Below, in pieces: positions 10,501 to 21,292 of a stretch of 64,000 bases of DNA. Position 1 is the stretch's first letter. Each line of letters starts with the position of its first letter. The notes under the pieces are model-generated. The model was not told the origin of the DNA and did not search any database. It saw only the letters and a list, made by a program, of their open reading frames with translations. The position numbers and the translations under genes were made by a program. The stretch is from Barthelona sp. PCE (lineage: Eukaryota). Location: the NCBI GenBank assembly GCA_040285745.1, contig JAUFOR010000008.1:1798001-1862000 (forward strand), written 5' to 3'.

Positions 10501-13500
10501 TGCTGATTGCTTCAAACTCTGCAATGGGCTTAAGGAAGTGCAGTCCGACGTTGTAGTTGGCTGCCTTCTCAGCTAACTCGGGCATGATGTCGAGTCCGAC
10601 AAGTGTTTCTTCTTTGTGGTTGAGTAGACCAAGCATAGCATCAAAACGATCAGCAACGCTGGATTCTCCGCGGCGGAGTTGTGCTGCGCTCAAAAGAAGC
10701 TGCTTAATAACAAGAAGAAGGTGATCAAAGACTGTAATCGGGCAAGTCTCATGCGTTTCATTTCTCTGCATTTCAATCTTGTACGTAGCCTGTAACGCGC
10801 GTGAAAACGCTGGTGGCATATCTGATGCAATATTACTGACTTCATATAGAGATGTGAATCCGTTGACAAGCTTGATCTCGTTGGGGCGGCCTGCTACACC
10901 TAGACCTCGTAAATCCTTCATCAGAGAATATGTGAGCTGCTGTCTGTCGAACGGGTGCTCACCCTCGAATGCAACAGCTATCTTGGGTGCATATGAGCCT
11001 AGTAGACCAGAAAGACCATTGCGGACTTCATTATATTGCGTAGCCCAGCCGATAATGTAGTTTGAGAAGTGCGTTGCACACTTTCGTGTTACATCCGACG
11101 CGAACTTCGCATCAAGATCAGCCATAGCAGCGTGCATTGACTTAACAAGACCTGTTACACCAAATATTTCAACGTGGGCGTAGTCCATGGGTACGCGTGC
11201 AAAGATTGAACGGAACTCGTCAATGTGAGTCATGACGTGTATGTTAACGATTCGAATATACTGAGCGTTGATCTTTGAAAGTTTGGCTCTGAATTTTCCA
11301 GTCGCCTGCTTGAACATGTAATGGGTTTTGTAACCCGTGTCCATATCCTCTATGACGTCTTCAGAGCCCTTTGACTTCTTGATTCTTGCTAATGATTGGA
11401 GTTCTGCTATCTTTTCTTTGACACCCGTGGTATCCATTAACGAGTCGTGTTTCTCCTTGACGTGACGTTCGAATACACGATACATAGTAATGAGACCACG
11501 AGTACGTTTAATATACGCTTCGATGATAGGTCTGCAATCAGTAGAGAGAGTGTGCATAATTTGAGAAAGGAACTCCATACAGAAGTCGATGATTGTCAGT
11601 CTATGAGAGAAACAACCAATGGTGGATGACTTAATGAAGTCTTCAAGATCACCACAGATTCCTTCAACCATGACAGAAAACTCTTCTTCGAATATCATAC
11701 TTGTGGCTTGCAAATCAACAACTTGCGATACAAGACTGTTGAAAATGAAAGGGAACATCTCCGCAGCACGTGCCTCACAGTGCTTCCTGGCAGAAGCAAA
11801 CAGATATGGCCATTGCTCGATCTCGCTTTTGCGAACGTGCACTACAAACATCTCTAGGGGCTTGATACACTCCGTGAATTTATACTCGCGTGGTGCAAGA
11901 GCGTTCCACTCCTCACAAACGTTGAGAATAGTTTCAACCGCGGCCGTAAAGTAAGAAAGGGGTTCGCACAGGCGCAGACCCATGACTCGATCACACGCCC
12001 TCATAATGACGGAAAGAACAGTGTGTTCTTCAAACATTGGATCAGCAAGCAAGGTACTGCACTGATCAATGACCGCTTGCACGAGGGGCACAAGCCGCGA
12101 GATCTCCTTGGGATGCGGGTTATCGAAGATGTTAAAGTCTGGGTCCGTCAGACCCTTACTATGAAGCAGACGTGATGTCAGAGTCTCGACAAGCGCAGGC
12201 ACGAGGTTAAGCGATTCTTTGTTGAGAGAAATGAGACCGTTGATGACGTGCACACCGGTGTCAAATCCCTCTTCAGTGACGTTAGAGATGAACGTGAGTG
12301 CAGACGCAAGCACATCAGTGAGCTTGCATTCATCCGAGAGCACATCAACAAAGTTTGAAGGGGCAGACTCCTCGCCCACCATCTCGCCATCTTCATCAAC
12401 GTTTAGCATCGCGTTGAACTGATCAACGTAGTCTTTGATGAAATCATCTTCTTCCTCTATCAGGTTGGATGCTACGTGAATTAGCTTCTCACCCTCCATA
12501 GCTTCTTTGTCGCGGCGCTCCTTCTCCAGGATCATCGCACGGCAGCGCACAGTGAGCATCTCATACATCTCAGATGCAGTCATGCTCTTCTTTGAATAAA
12601 GGAACATAGCTGCGACGAGTGATGCATTGCTCGTTTTCTCATCGATAGCTGTGGATGAGCTCTGCTTTAGATGAAGAGCGCGTTTCAGACAGTACATCTG
12701 TACCAACAGAAGAGATACGCTGACTGTTGCCCCAATACGTTTGCGCTCCAACAACCCCATTCTCTTGAGACGTCTAATGATGTTTCCACACGCGCTCTCA
12801 ATGATGAGCAATTGTTTGATAGTGTCAGTTGTTGATTTTCCGAAAATTGCAGTGATACGATTGATATTAAGTGTGTTAAAAGCAAAATCATGGATGACTT
12901 CCATCAGTTGATAGAAATCACTCTCTTCACCACCTACACGAGCTTTTGCATTCTGGGCTGTCTCAAGGCACGATAGCGCAATTCCAATACTCTCTTCAGC
13001 ACGCTCAAATTGAAGCTTGAAACCAAACACATCAAAGCCACGGACAACGTCGTTAGCATAGTTGACGAGATGTTGTACAGCCTTAAGCGATTTAAACGAG
13101 AAGATGCAGTACTCCTTCGAAACTTCAGCAGACATGGGGTCAACAGCCATGTGAGACAACTGCTGTAGATACTTCACTGCAGTGTTGACACCACCTTCAC
13201 TAGCAATATTCCTGGTCTCCAGTCCCAACAAAGACACACACACATCAATAAGGTGATTGATTGTGAGCTGTAGGTTGAACCCACTTGTGCTTGCACGTTG
13301 GCATGTTGATAATGCCTTCTCCAGCATTCCTATGTTGTTCAGTGAAGAGTTATACACCGAACCAATGAGAGAATTGATGCTATCATTAACAGCGTTGAAT
13401 GTGAGCGGAAGTGCTCTGTTGAACTCAGTAACATGGGTGCTGGACACAAATGGAGTTAATGAAAGAACACTGCGTAATACAACGTTATTTTCATCTTCTC

Positions 13501-16500
13501 CAAGCAAATCACTGTAATGGGACACATCACCACTCATCAATTGCAAAAAGATTAGCATACGGTCAATCTGGCTCTTTGGAAGATCCAAAGTAACGTTTGG
13601 AGTGGGGAAGTGGTTTGCGCAGTGTTCCATCTCAGGTGTAACCAGCTGAAGATACGTCGGCTTGTTATACAAAGGCTGGGTAATGCGCGATGGCAAAACA
13701 CGCTCAAGTTTTGATACGAAATGATGGTAAATTTTGACCATTCGACGTATGACATCATCTGTGTTAATATCTTGATGCTCCTGCTTACGAACTCCAATCA
13801 ACTTCACCAACAGGTTAAAGGCATGTACAGGGGTGATGTTGTTATACATCAACCATCCAAAAACAAACTCTATAACATTGAGAGTCTCTGAACTGTGCTC
13901 ATCAGTCAACACAAACTCCACAAACTCTTCAGGAAGGTTGGCCACTGTCTGTTTGAGCACGTATGTGGACAGATTCTCGTTCCTAAGTAACAATTCCATA
14001 ACACTGTTGGTATGAGAATTGAATTGGGATTTAAACAGCGGTGCTTTAACTTCAGCAGCAAACTTTCCAACTTCTACGGTTTCAGATGAAAGAGAACCCG
14101 TGGAAGCAAGAAGAGCATTTTCAGCAATGTTACGAAGATCAGACTCATCACGTTCTGTTGAGATACCAATAGTTTGTTGAATCTCAAAAGTATCAAATGT
14201 GTGAAGGTTATCGTCAACAAAAGTCTCAATGGAACGGTTACGGAGAGCACGTGAAAGTTCACCTTGTCCAAGTCCTAGATCAAAGAATACGCGGAATTCA
14301 GTATGTGGAGTAATTGTACGAACAACACCATCTTCCAGACCACACTCACTAAGAATAAGCTCACCGTCTGTTTCGAGTAAACCATTGAGGCGATCGAGTA
14401 CAGCTGATGAACAGAGGCCTGCATTTAAAAACACAACCCATTGCCCTTCAGCCGCTGCACGTGTAATAACACCATCTTTCCACACGAAAACTCCGGGTCT
14501 TGGCTCGTTTTCTGTCATCATCTTCAGCATGCGTTCAAGGAAAGTGACCTTAGCCTCGATTGTGCTGTCAATTTCGGACAAATCAGAAGCATGATCAACG
14601 AGAATAGTTACAGCTCTGCTGATGATACCAATGGCACTGCGTTTGTGAGCGAACGCTTCCTTCTGACCCTTACCGTGCATTGCAACAAGGGCTGAAAGTT
14701 TTGACATACAAGAATCAAGAATGGCAAAACATGTAGTGTAGCGTTCGTTATCAGGAGTAATCTTGCGAGAAAGCGCCTTTTGAATGCTACTCATGGTGGT
14801 AATGACATCGGCAATTACCGGAGCAAGGTCAAACTGTTCGAAAGCACCGAGCAAATCGTTGGCGTCAATGGATGAAGATCCGTTGAAGAGAACAAGTTCT
14901 CTACCAAATGAATTTGCTATCTGCCGCAAAACAGAAAGTTTGACTGCAGGGTTTGTACCAGAGACAACAACAGGTCTGTTGATTGTAACTGCAGCCATGA
15001 TACTATGCATATGCGGCAACATAGAGCGAATAGGGAGTATCTTCAGGAAACTTGATGCTGCTGGAGACGCTAGAGATCCGATCTGCATGCGGTTATCGTC
15101 ATAAGATAAGCGATACAAGCTGAAGATGTCATCACTTGGGATTTTGCACCAGTAATCGGTGGCGACATACTTGATCAGTTCAAAAGCACTTCTTTGGTCA
15201 TCTACTGAGCGGAAACGAAGTGGAATTACTGCACAACACGCCTCAATGATGATTTGCAATGACAAGTCACAATCTGGAGAGATGGTTCTTGCAACCGACA
15301 TCACACGTTTCAAATCACGGAGATTGAACTCCCAAGGTCCGCCAACAACACCGAACGACTGTTTCTGACACACCTCTTCGTTGAACGCATAAACTATATC
15401 CAAAACAAGACCAATGAGATCAATAGACACTGTCGGGTACATGTTCATGGCTATGCGGGTCAGATCAGCTGAACGCAGCGGGTTGACATACACGGTTGTG
15501 AACCGGTTAACAAATGACTTGGGTAAACCTTTGCGACCGCCTCCCTCATGGAGAGGGTTTTGTGTTGCGAAAAGTTGGAATCCTTGTTTCGCAGTGACAA
15601 CTTTATCAAGCTCCACGATGTAAAGCGATTGTCGGTGATCTAAAAGGGAGTTGATGCCCTCCAATACAGTCTGTGATGCGAGATTTAATTCATCCAAAAT
15701 AACCCAGTGGCCATTACGGACAGCCTGTAACAGTGGTCCCTCAATGAAATCATAACATTGGTGGCCATCGCGGACTGTTGGGTAAAACGAACCAAGCAGG
15801 TCCATGAGATCTGTCTCACTCGAAAGATTGAGGCGGGTGATCCGTTTGCGCATGACGCTGGCGATTGTCATAACCAGGGATGTCTTACCGACGCCGGGTG
15901 AGCCTTCAAGCAGAATGGGAGCATTCAGTGACAGAGCGCGCAGCAGACCGACTAGGTTATGTTGTACGGTCGGGCAGTTGAGAGTGAATGATTTGAGTCC
16001 ATTGCGGTTGGGACGGCACGAAAAAAGGAATGGCTCTGTACCGAATTTGTATCCATCAAGTGTGATTGATGTTTTGCGTTCAAGTGCAGCGATGAAGGGT
16101 TCCTTCAGTTCACACTCCTCAATTTTTTCAATTTCATCTTTGATGGCGTTGATAGTTGTTTTTGCAATTTCACGACCAGTCTGTGCGTCAAGACCCATTC
16201 TAACAGAAATACCATCCAGAAGAACCATATATATAGCATGTAGAATGCAGACACACAATCTTTCATCGTATGACTTGTAAGACAGGTCAAACTCTAATGT
16301 TTGCATCCATGTGAGGACACCGTTGGCCATACCAAGAATATCACGAAGGGAGGTTACGGCATCAGGGGAGACGCGCTTAAATGTCATCATTGCACAGACA
16401 AGAATATCTGTGGCTGCTTGCTGATATTCTTTAAGGAAACGCATTCTGTGCTTGGCAAACAAACGGAATTCTTCTTCTGTAGTGATCTCTGACACCCAAA

Positions 16501-19500
16501 TCTCAGTGAATCTGTTTCTGAGTGCAGGGCTGAGCTCACGTTTGCCAAAGTCACCACCTGGGTTCATTGTAGCAACTAAACCAAATTTATCATGGCATTT
16601 AATTACGCCGTCAGAGTTATCAGTAGTGACAGCCTCGGGGAGTACCAAGACGCGCTCTCGTTCAAGGACTGGATTCAACCTTTCCAAGACACTGTCGTCA
16701 GCAAGTGATATCTCGTCAATGAGAAAAATTTCTCCATTGATCATTGAGTTTGTGAGGGGTCCGTTCTCCCAAACGAAGAATGCGTTGACCTCCTGCAGTA
16801 ATTCATGTAGTTCACCAGTTTTATCATCTTCAGCGTCTTCGGAACAAGTTATGAGATGATGAACGAAGTCAACCATCGATTCTGATCCCCGTTTGATGCC
16901 GTACTCAACTGCAAGGGTGTCGATCCGATCGTATACTTCGCTTGCAACACGGCGAGGTTTGAGACTTCCCAGAAAGTCGGCACTCTCAGTGTGTTTATGA
17001 CAATTCAGGATGTGCACTGCTTGCTTTTTCAAACTAGCATATAGTTGCACGACACTAGTCTTACCAAGACCCGTCGGGCCAACCAGAAGCACACTCTCGT
17101 TGTTATTTATCGCGCGATTGATAAGTTCGTAAAGACGACTCAAAGTCGCTGTGAGAATCATCTGCCTGCTTGGAGGGATTGTCTCATTGAAAGCAGACAG
17201 AGTGTCCTCAATATCTTCAAGATGCTTGCTTAGAACACGTTCAGAAGTGTAACTTTGTGGAAGATAGAGCAAATCTCTATCAAACTCTTTGCTAAAAACT
17301 TTGCACAGCGCTGCATAAATAACATCCTTTTCCTTATCCGTACGAAGCCGCTCGGCTAGAAGAAGGTATCCATCAATCATTAACTCAACACGTGTTGTAG
17401 CGGTGTGTTTTGCGCGATCCGCCCATCTGAAAAGATCACGCAGTGTGATGAAACCGTGGCGACCCATGAAAAGTGATCCTGTAGATCTTTGGATCTCAAG
17501 CTCAAGCAATACGTTGAGCAGGAGTTCAGCCCAGGATGGAGCGATTACACATCGCTTCTCAATAATTGTCTTTAGCTCGACAGCAGGCAATTCAGGTACA
17601 TGTATTTCAATAAAACGACCACGTAGGGCCCTGGACAGGGTCTTGCGCCCTCCATAGATACCACTTGGGTTCTGTGTTGCAAAGAGCAGAAAAGAAGACT
17701 TTGGTCGAACGATTTCATTTGTTTCAGGAATGAAAAGCTCCCTGTTATCATCCAACAGTCTGTTAAGAGCTTCAAGGACATCGGTGGGTGCGAGATTGAG
17801 TTCATCAAGGATGATCCACCATCCATTTTTCAAAGCTTGAACTAATAGACCGTCCTTCCACACAAGACATCCTTCAGCATCACTTGTGTAGTATCCAAGG
17901 TATTCTTGAATATCGGTGTGCTCATGGTTGTTGATTCTCAGGAGTGTATGTCCAGTCAGTGCGGCAATATAAGTAATTAATGATGTTTTACCCGCAGAAG
18001 TGGGTCCCTCCAGAAGAATTGGGTATGAACTGTTGCCAATGGCCATAGCGACCTTCGTAAGATTGCGGCGGACCGTAGCCGTGCGGATGAACTTGAGCGA
18101 AGAATCTTCCTTCACTGGAAGTTCACCGAGTGGAATAGCACAGCGTTCAACGATCGTTGCAGCGGTGTTAAAGACGCGGTGCGCTTGGGTTACGTTTGGT
18201 GGGGTCTTGATTGCATTCCTTAACTCACTGGTATTGAAAACAATAGAACCAAGCGATGCGTATAGCAAACGGCGAGACTCATCATTGAGTGTGCCAAAAA
18301 ATGTCATTTGAATTCCATCATGCAGAGCGCGGTACTTGCCATACACTCCTGCTAACTTTGAGCAATGACGTAGCGCACGACTCAGAGTTCTGATCGAAAA
18401 AGTAGGAGGCAGACCGTCAGTTGTGAAAAGCGAACCTTCAGTTGCAAGCTTGTGACACTCGATGTAGAAGAGCGCACACTTACGACAAATATTGTTCGAT
18501 ATATTGACGGTACGCAACAGTGCTTGTGCTAATAACTCAAGAGAATCCTGCTGAATGAGGCGCGGAACATATATCTCGTTGAAGAGGTATCTAACAGAAT
18601 CACTCAACGCTCTCTTACCAACGTCGGTGGGCGGGTTCATACATGCGAACACACGGAAATTGGGATGCTTGGGGATTTTCTCAAGAGAACCGGCCTCCCA
18701 CACAGAAACAGCTTGACAGTCTGTATCAATAAATTCGATGAGACGGTTGAGTGTTTCGGTGGTACTTAGATTAATCTCATCCAAAAGTACCCACTCTCCC
18801 TTTTTGATGGCCTCAAGTAACAGACCTTCAACGAATCCAAAGTGCAATGCACTGTTGGCGCTATCACTGCGGAGCTTGGAGGAACTGGCTAGATGTGTGT
18901 TGAATTTCGATGCCATCGTCCTGACCACTGCCAATAAATGCTGTGGGGTTGTGGTGTTGCCTTCAATGTGCATTGAAAATACCTCATTCAAGATAATGCA
19001 TGTTTGATCGATGACTGCAAGTTTCTGCTTAAGTGGAATGTCTGATTTTAGCTGTGATAACGAAAACTGGAACAGCTCATCGCACCCCTCAACATTGGCT
19101 TGCGAACAAATCAATGATCCCTCATCAAGTGTTAGCTTGAATTGCTCAACAAGTGCGACCATTTCATTTTCAATTGATCGAGGCTTAAAACCACCAATAA
19201 ATGTTGAAGAATCACTCTGGAAACTGCAATTTATCACATTTAAGTGCGTGTTGTGGATACCACTCAAATATTGTACGAGTGTGGTCTTACCCTCACCAGT
19301 CTCTCCAACCAGAAGAGCCGGTGTATTCTCCTTAACACAAAAGGAGAGGCGTTCCAGGGTGATCTTTGCACTGTCAGTGAGCGCGATGTCTTCATCGAGC
19401 TCTCCTTTAACTTCACTGATAGTTCGACCGATATGAATGTTATTATTTCTCTCGAACCAATCAATGGATTTTAGCTCTGAACACTCGAGAACAGAGACAT

Positions 19501-21142
19501 CTACCTTGAGTGCCAGGCATAACACATCAAGGAATTGTTCAAAAACTTCACTATCACTGATATGACAGAGGAAAACATCGACTGCAATTAAAAATGCGGT
19601 TTTCTGGAAATCATAAGAATCAATTTGCATGTCTCTATCTTTAATAAGAGCAGCTTTGAGCCTGTCGAGGAAGAGGAAGAAGTCTACTACATGGCTGATT
19701 CGGAAGTTACTGTTGCGCATTTTTTGCAGCTCCTGCTTATCAAGCAGTTCATGATAAGCACCAACTAATAATTCACAAACAGGTTGACTGAGGGAAGAAG
19801 AATAACGTTGAAAAACAATCTGTTTCAGATCGTGTGGTGCAAGTTTTGATACGGAAACGAGGTTCCAGTCATCTCTATGGGACGTTTGGATCTCACCAAA
19901 AAGGGAGCTAGTGCATGTGGCGAACAAACGGAAGTCAGCATGGGCTTCGATCACTTCGCCTTTAACACTATTCAGCAATTTTCTGTTGGCAAGAAGCGGG
20001 TCGAGCAAAGCGAATATTTCGTCAGAGGCCTTGTCTAAGTTCTCAATGATAACCATTGAACCATCTTTCACAGCTCGTACGAATTCACTCTCAACATAAG
20101 TAAATGAAGAATCTTCAGAAATAATGTGCATACCAAGCATATCCTTTAGATCCCCACCATCGCTGATGTGTACTATTGTTTGTTTTGACTCTGTGAGTCT
20201 TACAAAAAAGTCAAAAAGTGTGTGTCGACCAGAACCTGGTGGACCACTTAGAATAACAGCTTTCTTCTCAAGAATAGAAAGAGCCATCTGACGAATAGAA
20301 TCACGTGTATTCTCACTGAATATAATATCGTTGAATGAATAAGATCCGAAATGAGGGAAAGGAATTCCAAAAAGGGATACTGTGTGTAAAGAAATTCGAC
20401 GCACTTCATCATCAGGAAGAGGAAATTCCTGAACGATAAAGTCTGTTTGTGTCTTTAGAATTCGTGAAAGACGTGCCTTGGTAATTTCTACGAGTTCAAA
20501 ATCGAATATCTCCGTCATGATACTATCACTCTTTGATTCTGCCAGATCAGAAATTACATGAACGATGCGCATGAAAACACATCGGATTTCATCATTTTTG
20601 GCCTCGCTCATCATAGAAAACACACGTTGTGGATTGTTAGGGATGAGGTTTACGCCAGCTACCCAAAAAAGAAATAGAGCAGCTAAAAGTAAATGTTGTT
20701 CATCGGATTCACGTTGGGGGAACTGTAGAGTGAGCAAATTGAAACTAGATGTGAGCTGGTTTTCAAAATGCTTAAGGAAAATAGGACACTGTTGGCCAAT
20801 ATATGCTAAAGTATAGAAATATCGAATGAACATAGCATCCTTAACATCTAACTGGACCATTGCGTACTTAAACAAATCAATAAGACAGAAACGAAGGTTT
20901 TGAAGGAATAATTGTGCGTTTTCAGTTGAACTAAGAAAAAAAATGGTGTTGTTTTTGATATATGCACTAAGTTCAGCCGGTTTCACGGCGGAAAGTCCGT
21001 CTTCTACTGATGGTGATTGGTCATCCTGTGATTTTAGCCCTTTAAAAGCTGCAACGCTTTCTTTGATATCGTATGGTGTGTAATTCACTCCATGATCTTT
21101 AAATAATGTGTTCAATCGCACTAAAGTACTGCGTATTGACAT
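7583..21142 (-). CDS. MDN1: Midasin (Rea1/MDN1) AAA+ ATPase for 60S maturation
   Basis: Six AAA modules (GPPGSGRHT, GETGEGKTT, GPTSAGKTS, GPTGLGKTS, GSPGVGKTS, degenerate sixth), a long linker, an Asp/Glu-rich tail and a MIDAS/vWA domain (GDYKTGKRINIRKVIAYIAS..KDAIWLRRTKP; AMDNSLSM; ISDG). First ATG is 21142; the track start 21229 is GTG. Confidence 0.97.
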   Translation of the reverse strand: MSIRSTLVRLNTLFKDHGVNYTPYDIKESVAAFKGLKSQDDQSPSVEDGLSAVKPAELSAYIKNNTIFFLSSTENAQLFLQNLRFCLIDLFKYAMVQLDVKDAMFIRYFYTLAYIGQQCPIFLKHFENQLTSSFNLLTLQFPQRESDEQHLLLAALFLFWVAGVNLIPNNPQRVFSMMSEAKNDEIRCVFMRIVHVISDLAESKSDSIMTEIFDFELVEITKARLSRILKTQTDFIVQEFPLPDDEVRRISLHTVSLFGIPFPHFGSYSFNDIIFSENTRDSIRQMALSILEKKAVILSGPPGSGRHTLFDFFVRLTESKQTIVHISDGGDLKDMLGMHIISEDSSFTYVESEFVRAVKDGSMVIIENLDKASDEIFALLDPLLANRKLLNSVKGEVIEAHADFRLFATCTSSLFGEIQTSHRDDWNLVSVSKLAPHDLKQIVFQRYSSSLSQPVCELLVGAYHELLDKQELQKMRNSNFRISHVVDFFLFLDRLKAALIKDRDMQIDSYDFQKTAFLIAVDVFLCHISDSEVFEQFLDVLCLALKVDVSVLECSELKSIDWFERNNNIHIGRTISEVKGELDEDIALTDSAKITLERLSFCVKENTPALLVGETGEGKTTLVQYLSGIHNTHLNVINCSFQSDSSTFIGGFKPRSIENEMVALVEQFKLTLDEGSLICSQANVEGCDELFQFSLSQLKSDIPLKQKLAVIDQTCIILNEVFSMHIEGNTTTPQHLLAVVRTMASKFNTHLASSSKLRSDSANSALHFGFVEGLLLEAIKKGEWVLLDEINLSTTETLNRLIEFIDTDCQAVSVWEAGSLEKIPKHPNFRVFACMNPPTDVGKRALSDSVRYLFNEIYVPRLIQQDSLELLAQALLRTVNISNNICRKCALFYIECHKLATEGSLFTTDGLPPTFSIRTLSRALRHCSKLAGVYGKYRALHDGIQMTFFGTLNDESRRLLYASLGSIVFNTSELRNAIKTPPNVTQAHRVFNTAATIVERCAIPLGELPVKEDSSLKFIRTATVRRNLTKVAMAIGNSSYPILLEGPTSAGKTSLITYIAALTGHTLLRINNHEHTDIQEYLGYYTSDAEGCLVWKDGLLVQALKNGWWIILDELNLAPTDVLEALNRLLDDNRELFIPETNEIVRPKSSFLLFATQNPSGIYGGRKTLSRALRGRFIEIHVPELPAVELKTIIEKRCVIAPSWAELLLNVLLELEIQRSTGSLFMGRHGFITLRDLFRWADRAKHTATTRVELMIDGYLLLAERLRTDKEKDVIYAALCKVFSKEFDRDLLYLPQSYTSERVLSKHLEDIEDTLSAFNETIPPSRQMILTATLSRLYELINRAINNNESVLLVGPTGLGKTSVVQLYASLKKQAVHILNCHKHTESADFLGSLKPRRVASEVYDRIDTLAVEYGIKRGSESMVDFVHHLITCSEDAEDDKTGELHELLQEVNAFFVWENGPLTNSMINGEIFLIDEISLADDSVLERLNPVLERERVLVLPEAVTTDNSDGVIKCHDKFGLVATMNPGGDFGKRELSPALRNRFTEIWVSEITTEEEFRLFAKHRMRFLKEYQQAATDILVCAMMTFKRVSPDAVTSLRDILGMANGVLTWMQTLEFDLSYKSYDERLCVCILHAIYMVLLDGISVRMGLDAQTGREIAKTTINAIKDEIEKIEECELKEPFIAALERKTSITLDGYKFGTEPFLFSCRPNRNGLKSFTLNCPTVQHNLVGLLRALSLNAPILLEGSPGVGKTSLVMTIASVMRKRITRLNLSSETDLMDLLGSFYPTVRDGHQCYDFIEGPLLQAVRNGHWVILDELNLASQTVLEGINSLLDHRQSLYIVELDKVVTAKQGFQLFATQNPLHEGGGRKGLPKSFVNRFTTVYVNPLRSADLTRIAMNMYPTVSIDLIGLVLDIVYAFNEEVCQKQSFGVVGGPWEFNLRDLKRVMSVARTISPDCDLSLQIIIEACCAVIPLRFRSVDDQRSAFELIKYVATDYWCKIPSDDIFSLYRLSYDDNRMQIGSLASPAASSFLKILPIRSMLPHMHSIMAAVTINRPVVVSGTNPAVKLSVLRQIANSFGRELVLFNGSSSIDANDLLGAFEQFDLAPVIADVITTMSSIQKALSRKITPDNERYTTCFAILDSCMSKLSALVAMHGKGQKEAFAHKRSAIGIISRAVTILVDHASDLSEIDSTIEAKVTFLERMLKMMTENEPRPGVFVWKDGVITRAAAEGQWVVFLNAGLCSSAVLDRLNGLLETDGELILSECGLEDGVVRTITPHTEFRVFFDLGLGQGELSRALRNRSIETFVDDNLHTFDTFEIQQTIGISTERDESDLRNIAENALLASTGSLSSETVEVGKFAAEVKAPLFKSQFNSHTNSVMELLLRNENLSTYVLKQTVANLPEEFVEFVLTDEHSSETLNVIEFVFGWLMYNNITPVHAFNLLVKLIGVRKQEHQDINTDDVIRRMVKIYHHFVSKLERVLPSRITQPLYNKPTYLQLVTPEMEHCANHFPTPNVTLDLPKSQIDRMLIFLQLMSGDVSHYSDLLGEDENNVVLRSVLSLTPFVSSTHVTEFNRALPLTFNAVNDSINSLIGSVYNSSLNNIGMLEKALSTCQRASTSGFNLQLTINHLIDVCVSLLGLETRNIASEGGVNTAVKYLQQLSHMAVDPMSAEVSKEYCIFSFKSLKAVQHLVNYANDVVRGFDVFGFKLQFERAEESIGIALSCLETAQNAKARVGGEESDFYQLMEVIHDFAFNTLNINRITAIFGKSTTDTIKQLLIIESACGNIIRRLKRMGLLERKRIGATVSVSLLLVQMYCLKRALHLKQSSSTAIDEKTSNASLVAAMFLYSKKSMTASEMYEMLTVRCRAMILEKERRDKEAMEGEKLIHVASNLIEEEDDFIKDYVDQFNAMLNVDEDGEMVGEESAPSNFVDVLSDECKLTDVLASALTFISNVTEEGFDTGVHVINGLISLNKESLNLVPALVETLTSRLLHSKGLTDPDFNIFDNPHPKEISRLVPLVQAVIDQCSTLLADPMFEEHTVLSVIMRACDRVMGLRLCEPLSYFTAAVETILNVCEEWNALAPREYKFTECIKPLEMFVVHVRKSEIEQWPYLFASARKHCEARAAEMFPFIFNSLVSQVVDLQATSMIFEEEFSVMVEGICGDLEDFIKSSTIGCFSHRLTIIDFCMEFLSQIMHTLSTDCRPIIEAYIKRTRGLITMYRVFERHVKEKHDSLMDTTGVKEKIAELQSLARIKKSKGSEDVIEDMDTGYKTHYMFKQATGKFRAKLSKINAQYIRIVNIHVMTHIDEFRSIFARVPMDYAHVEIFGVTGLVKSMHAAMADLDAKFASDVTRKCATHFSNYIIGWATQYNEVRNGLSGLLGSYAPKIAVAFEGEHPFDRQQLTYSLMKDLRGLGVAGRPNEIKLVNGFTSLYEVSNIASDMPPAFSRALQATYKIEMQRNETHETCPITVFDHLLLVIKQLLLSAAQLRRGESSVADRFDAMLGLLNHKEETLVGLDIMPELAEKAANYNVGLHFLKPIAEFEAISTDERQVVASLKPATIPFDKETALHQSDRVMCASHLPTLADEDAATTLGGLGFTEFGTNFTDFLTLLNEIRYDPNAPTASLSEYVDEFEAFMRKMIEAMHALSKTETLCTFIIEEEDGLQLSLPQFMKHIVALQHVFYSSKVVKYVCSVNFADGEDYVFIDGDFHLRELVRVLQKMARFIDTLTTQASTAMIDVSQFVISVLHLLHREGFGETVEYQESEETDKYDENEGPGLGEGEGGEKDVSDEIEEDWQMEGLENEDNSLKTENDGSGFDAQSDFEGEQEDLTEEQQEEMDEMNMDELDVEDELGEAQGEEDIEEELWDNDIEQNSLPEDFDNDVKGEGEFDFDNNEEENMEEVEEDAVDYQQPEMRDAEEEEGEEHEEEDLDNEKEDHEKEDVNNTFADAMSDVEEPEEPHMEEVPPEDDEGPEEMEEPDLEDVAIDEIEDEEIEEGEGEEDQDENAEEMPTIDEGLAEDENQEDEENREEEMEECDEDQQGTFGEEGAGTTEGSGESAENEGSAQGAGQSDETLQRSRQEKTEAQEEDEVVENAFERNNEGAAEDAEDREYAEEEDETKEAAVGVGSSEQQYDEMQDMEMQTVESEDEVEHDEAEERTNKAQAAPTVTDVEQNEDRPKEEEDDEAMVAIKPIERIKTFVGSNVVDLDFSQAKLAQQELIVNAAMRQVMSNDVDDAISFTQLQREIAPLASRLTEQLRLILLPTQTSQLKGDYKTGKRINIRKVIAYIASNFRKDAIWLRRTKPQKRQYDIVLAMDNSLSMADLDVASMGLQTTAVIAQALTNLDSGNVGVLRFGETAEFVHSLGEPFTSHGLKRLIGSFNFDEEKTSFADMFRVALSELSGRAHANRVSNPDVVTNQLLFCISDGRINDMERIKKWAAFARASNILVALIIIDPPDTPTPITEFMQIKFETRNGKTKPVKVPYLTTIPLDFYVVVNDMRELPGVVSQALQQWISLLAR
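8640..9870 (-). repeat. Asp/Glu-rich low-complexity tail of midasin
   Basis: (TTC/CTC)-rich + strand encoding poly-E/D tracts on the - strand, the expected D/E-rich region before MIDAS. Confidence 0.85.
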
Positions 21143-21292
21143 TGAATTAGTGAAAGGGGTGATAAGTGTAACACAATTCGTTTTCAAGTTTTTGAGCCTT
21201 TTCACACCCTCACTTGCTTTTATTTGCACACTTTACATCCACATTTATCCACATTCACATACTTTACATACTTTTTTTATTACTTACTGCAA

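Noticed and set aside
14900-20260. Degenerate Walker A motifs in midasin AAA1 (GSGRHT) and AAA6 (PAVKLS)
   Set aside because: AAA1 and AAA6 of Rea1/Mdn1 are known to be the poorly conserved modules; AAA2-5 are intact.
7702-20816. Many 60-250 aa ORFs overlapping midasin, e.g. 9134-9895 (+) and 8638-9288 (-)
   Set aside because: Antisense or off-frame shadows of a long coding sequence, especially the D/E-rich tract; no independent motifs.
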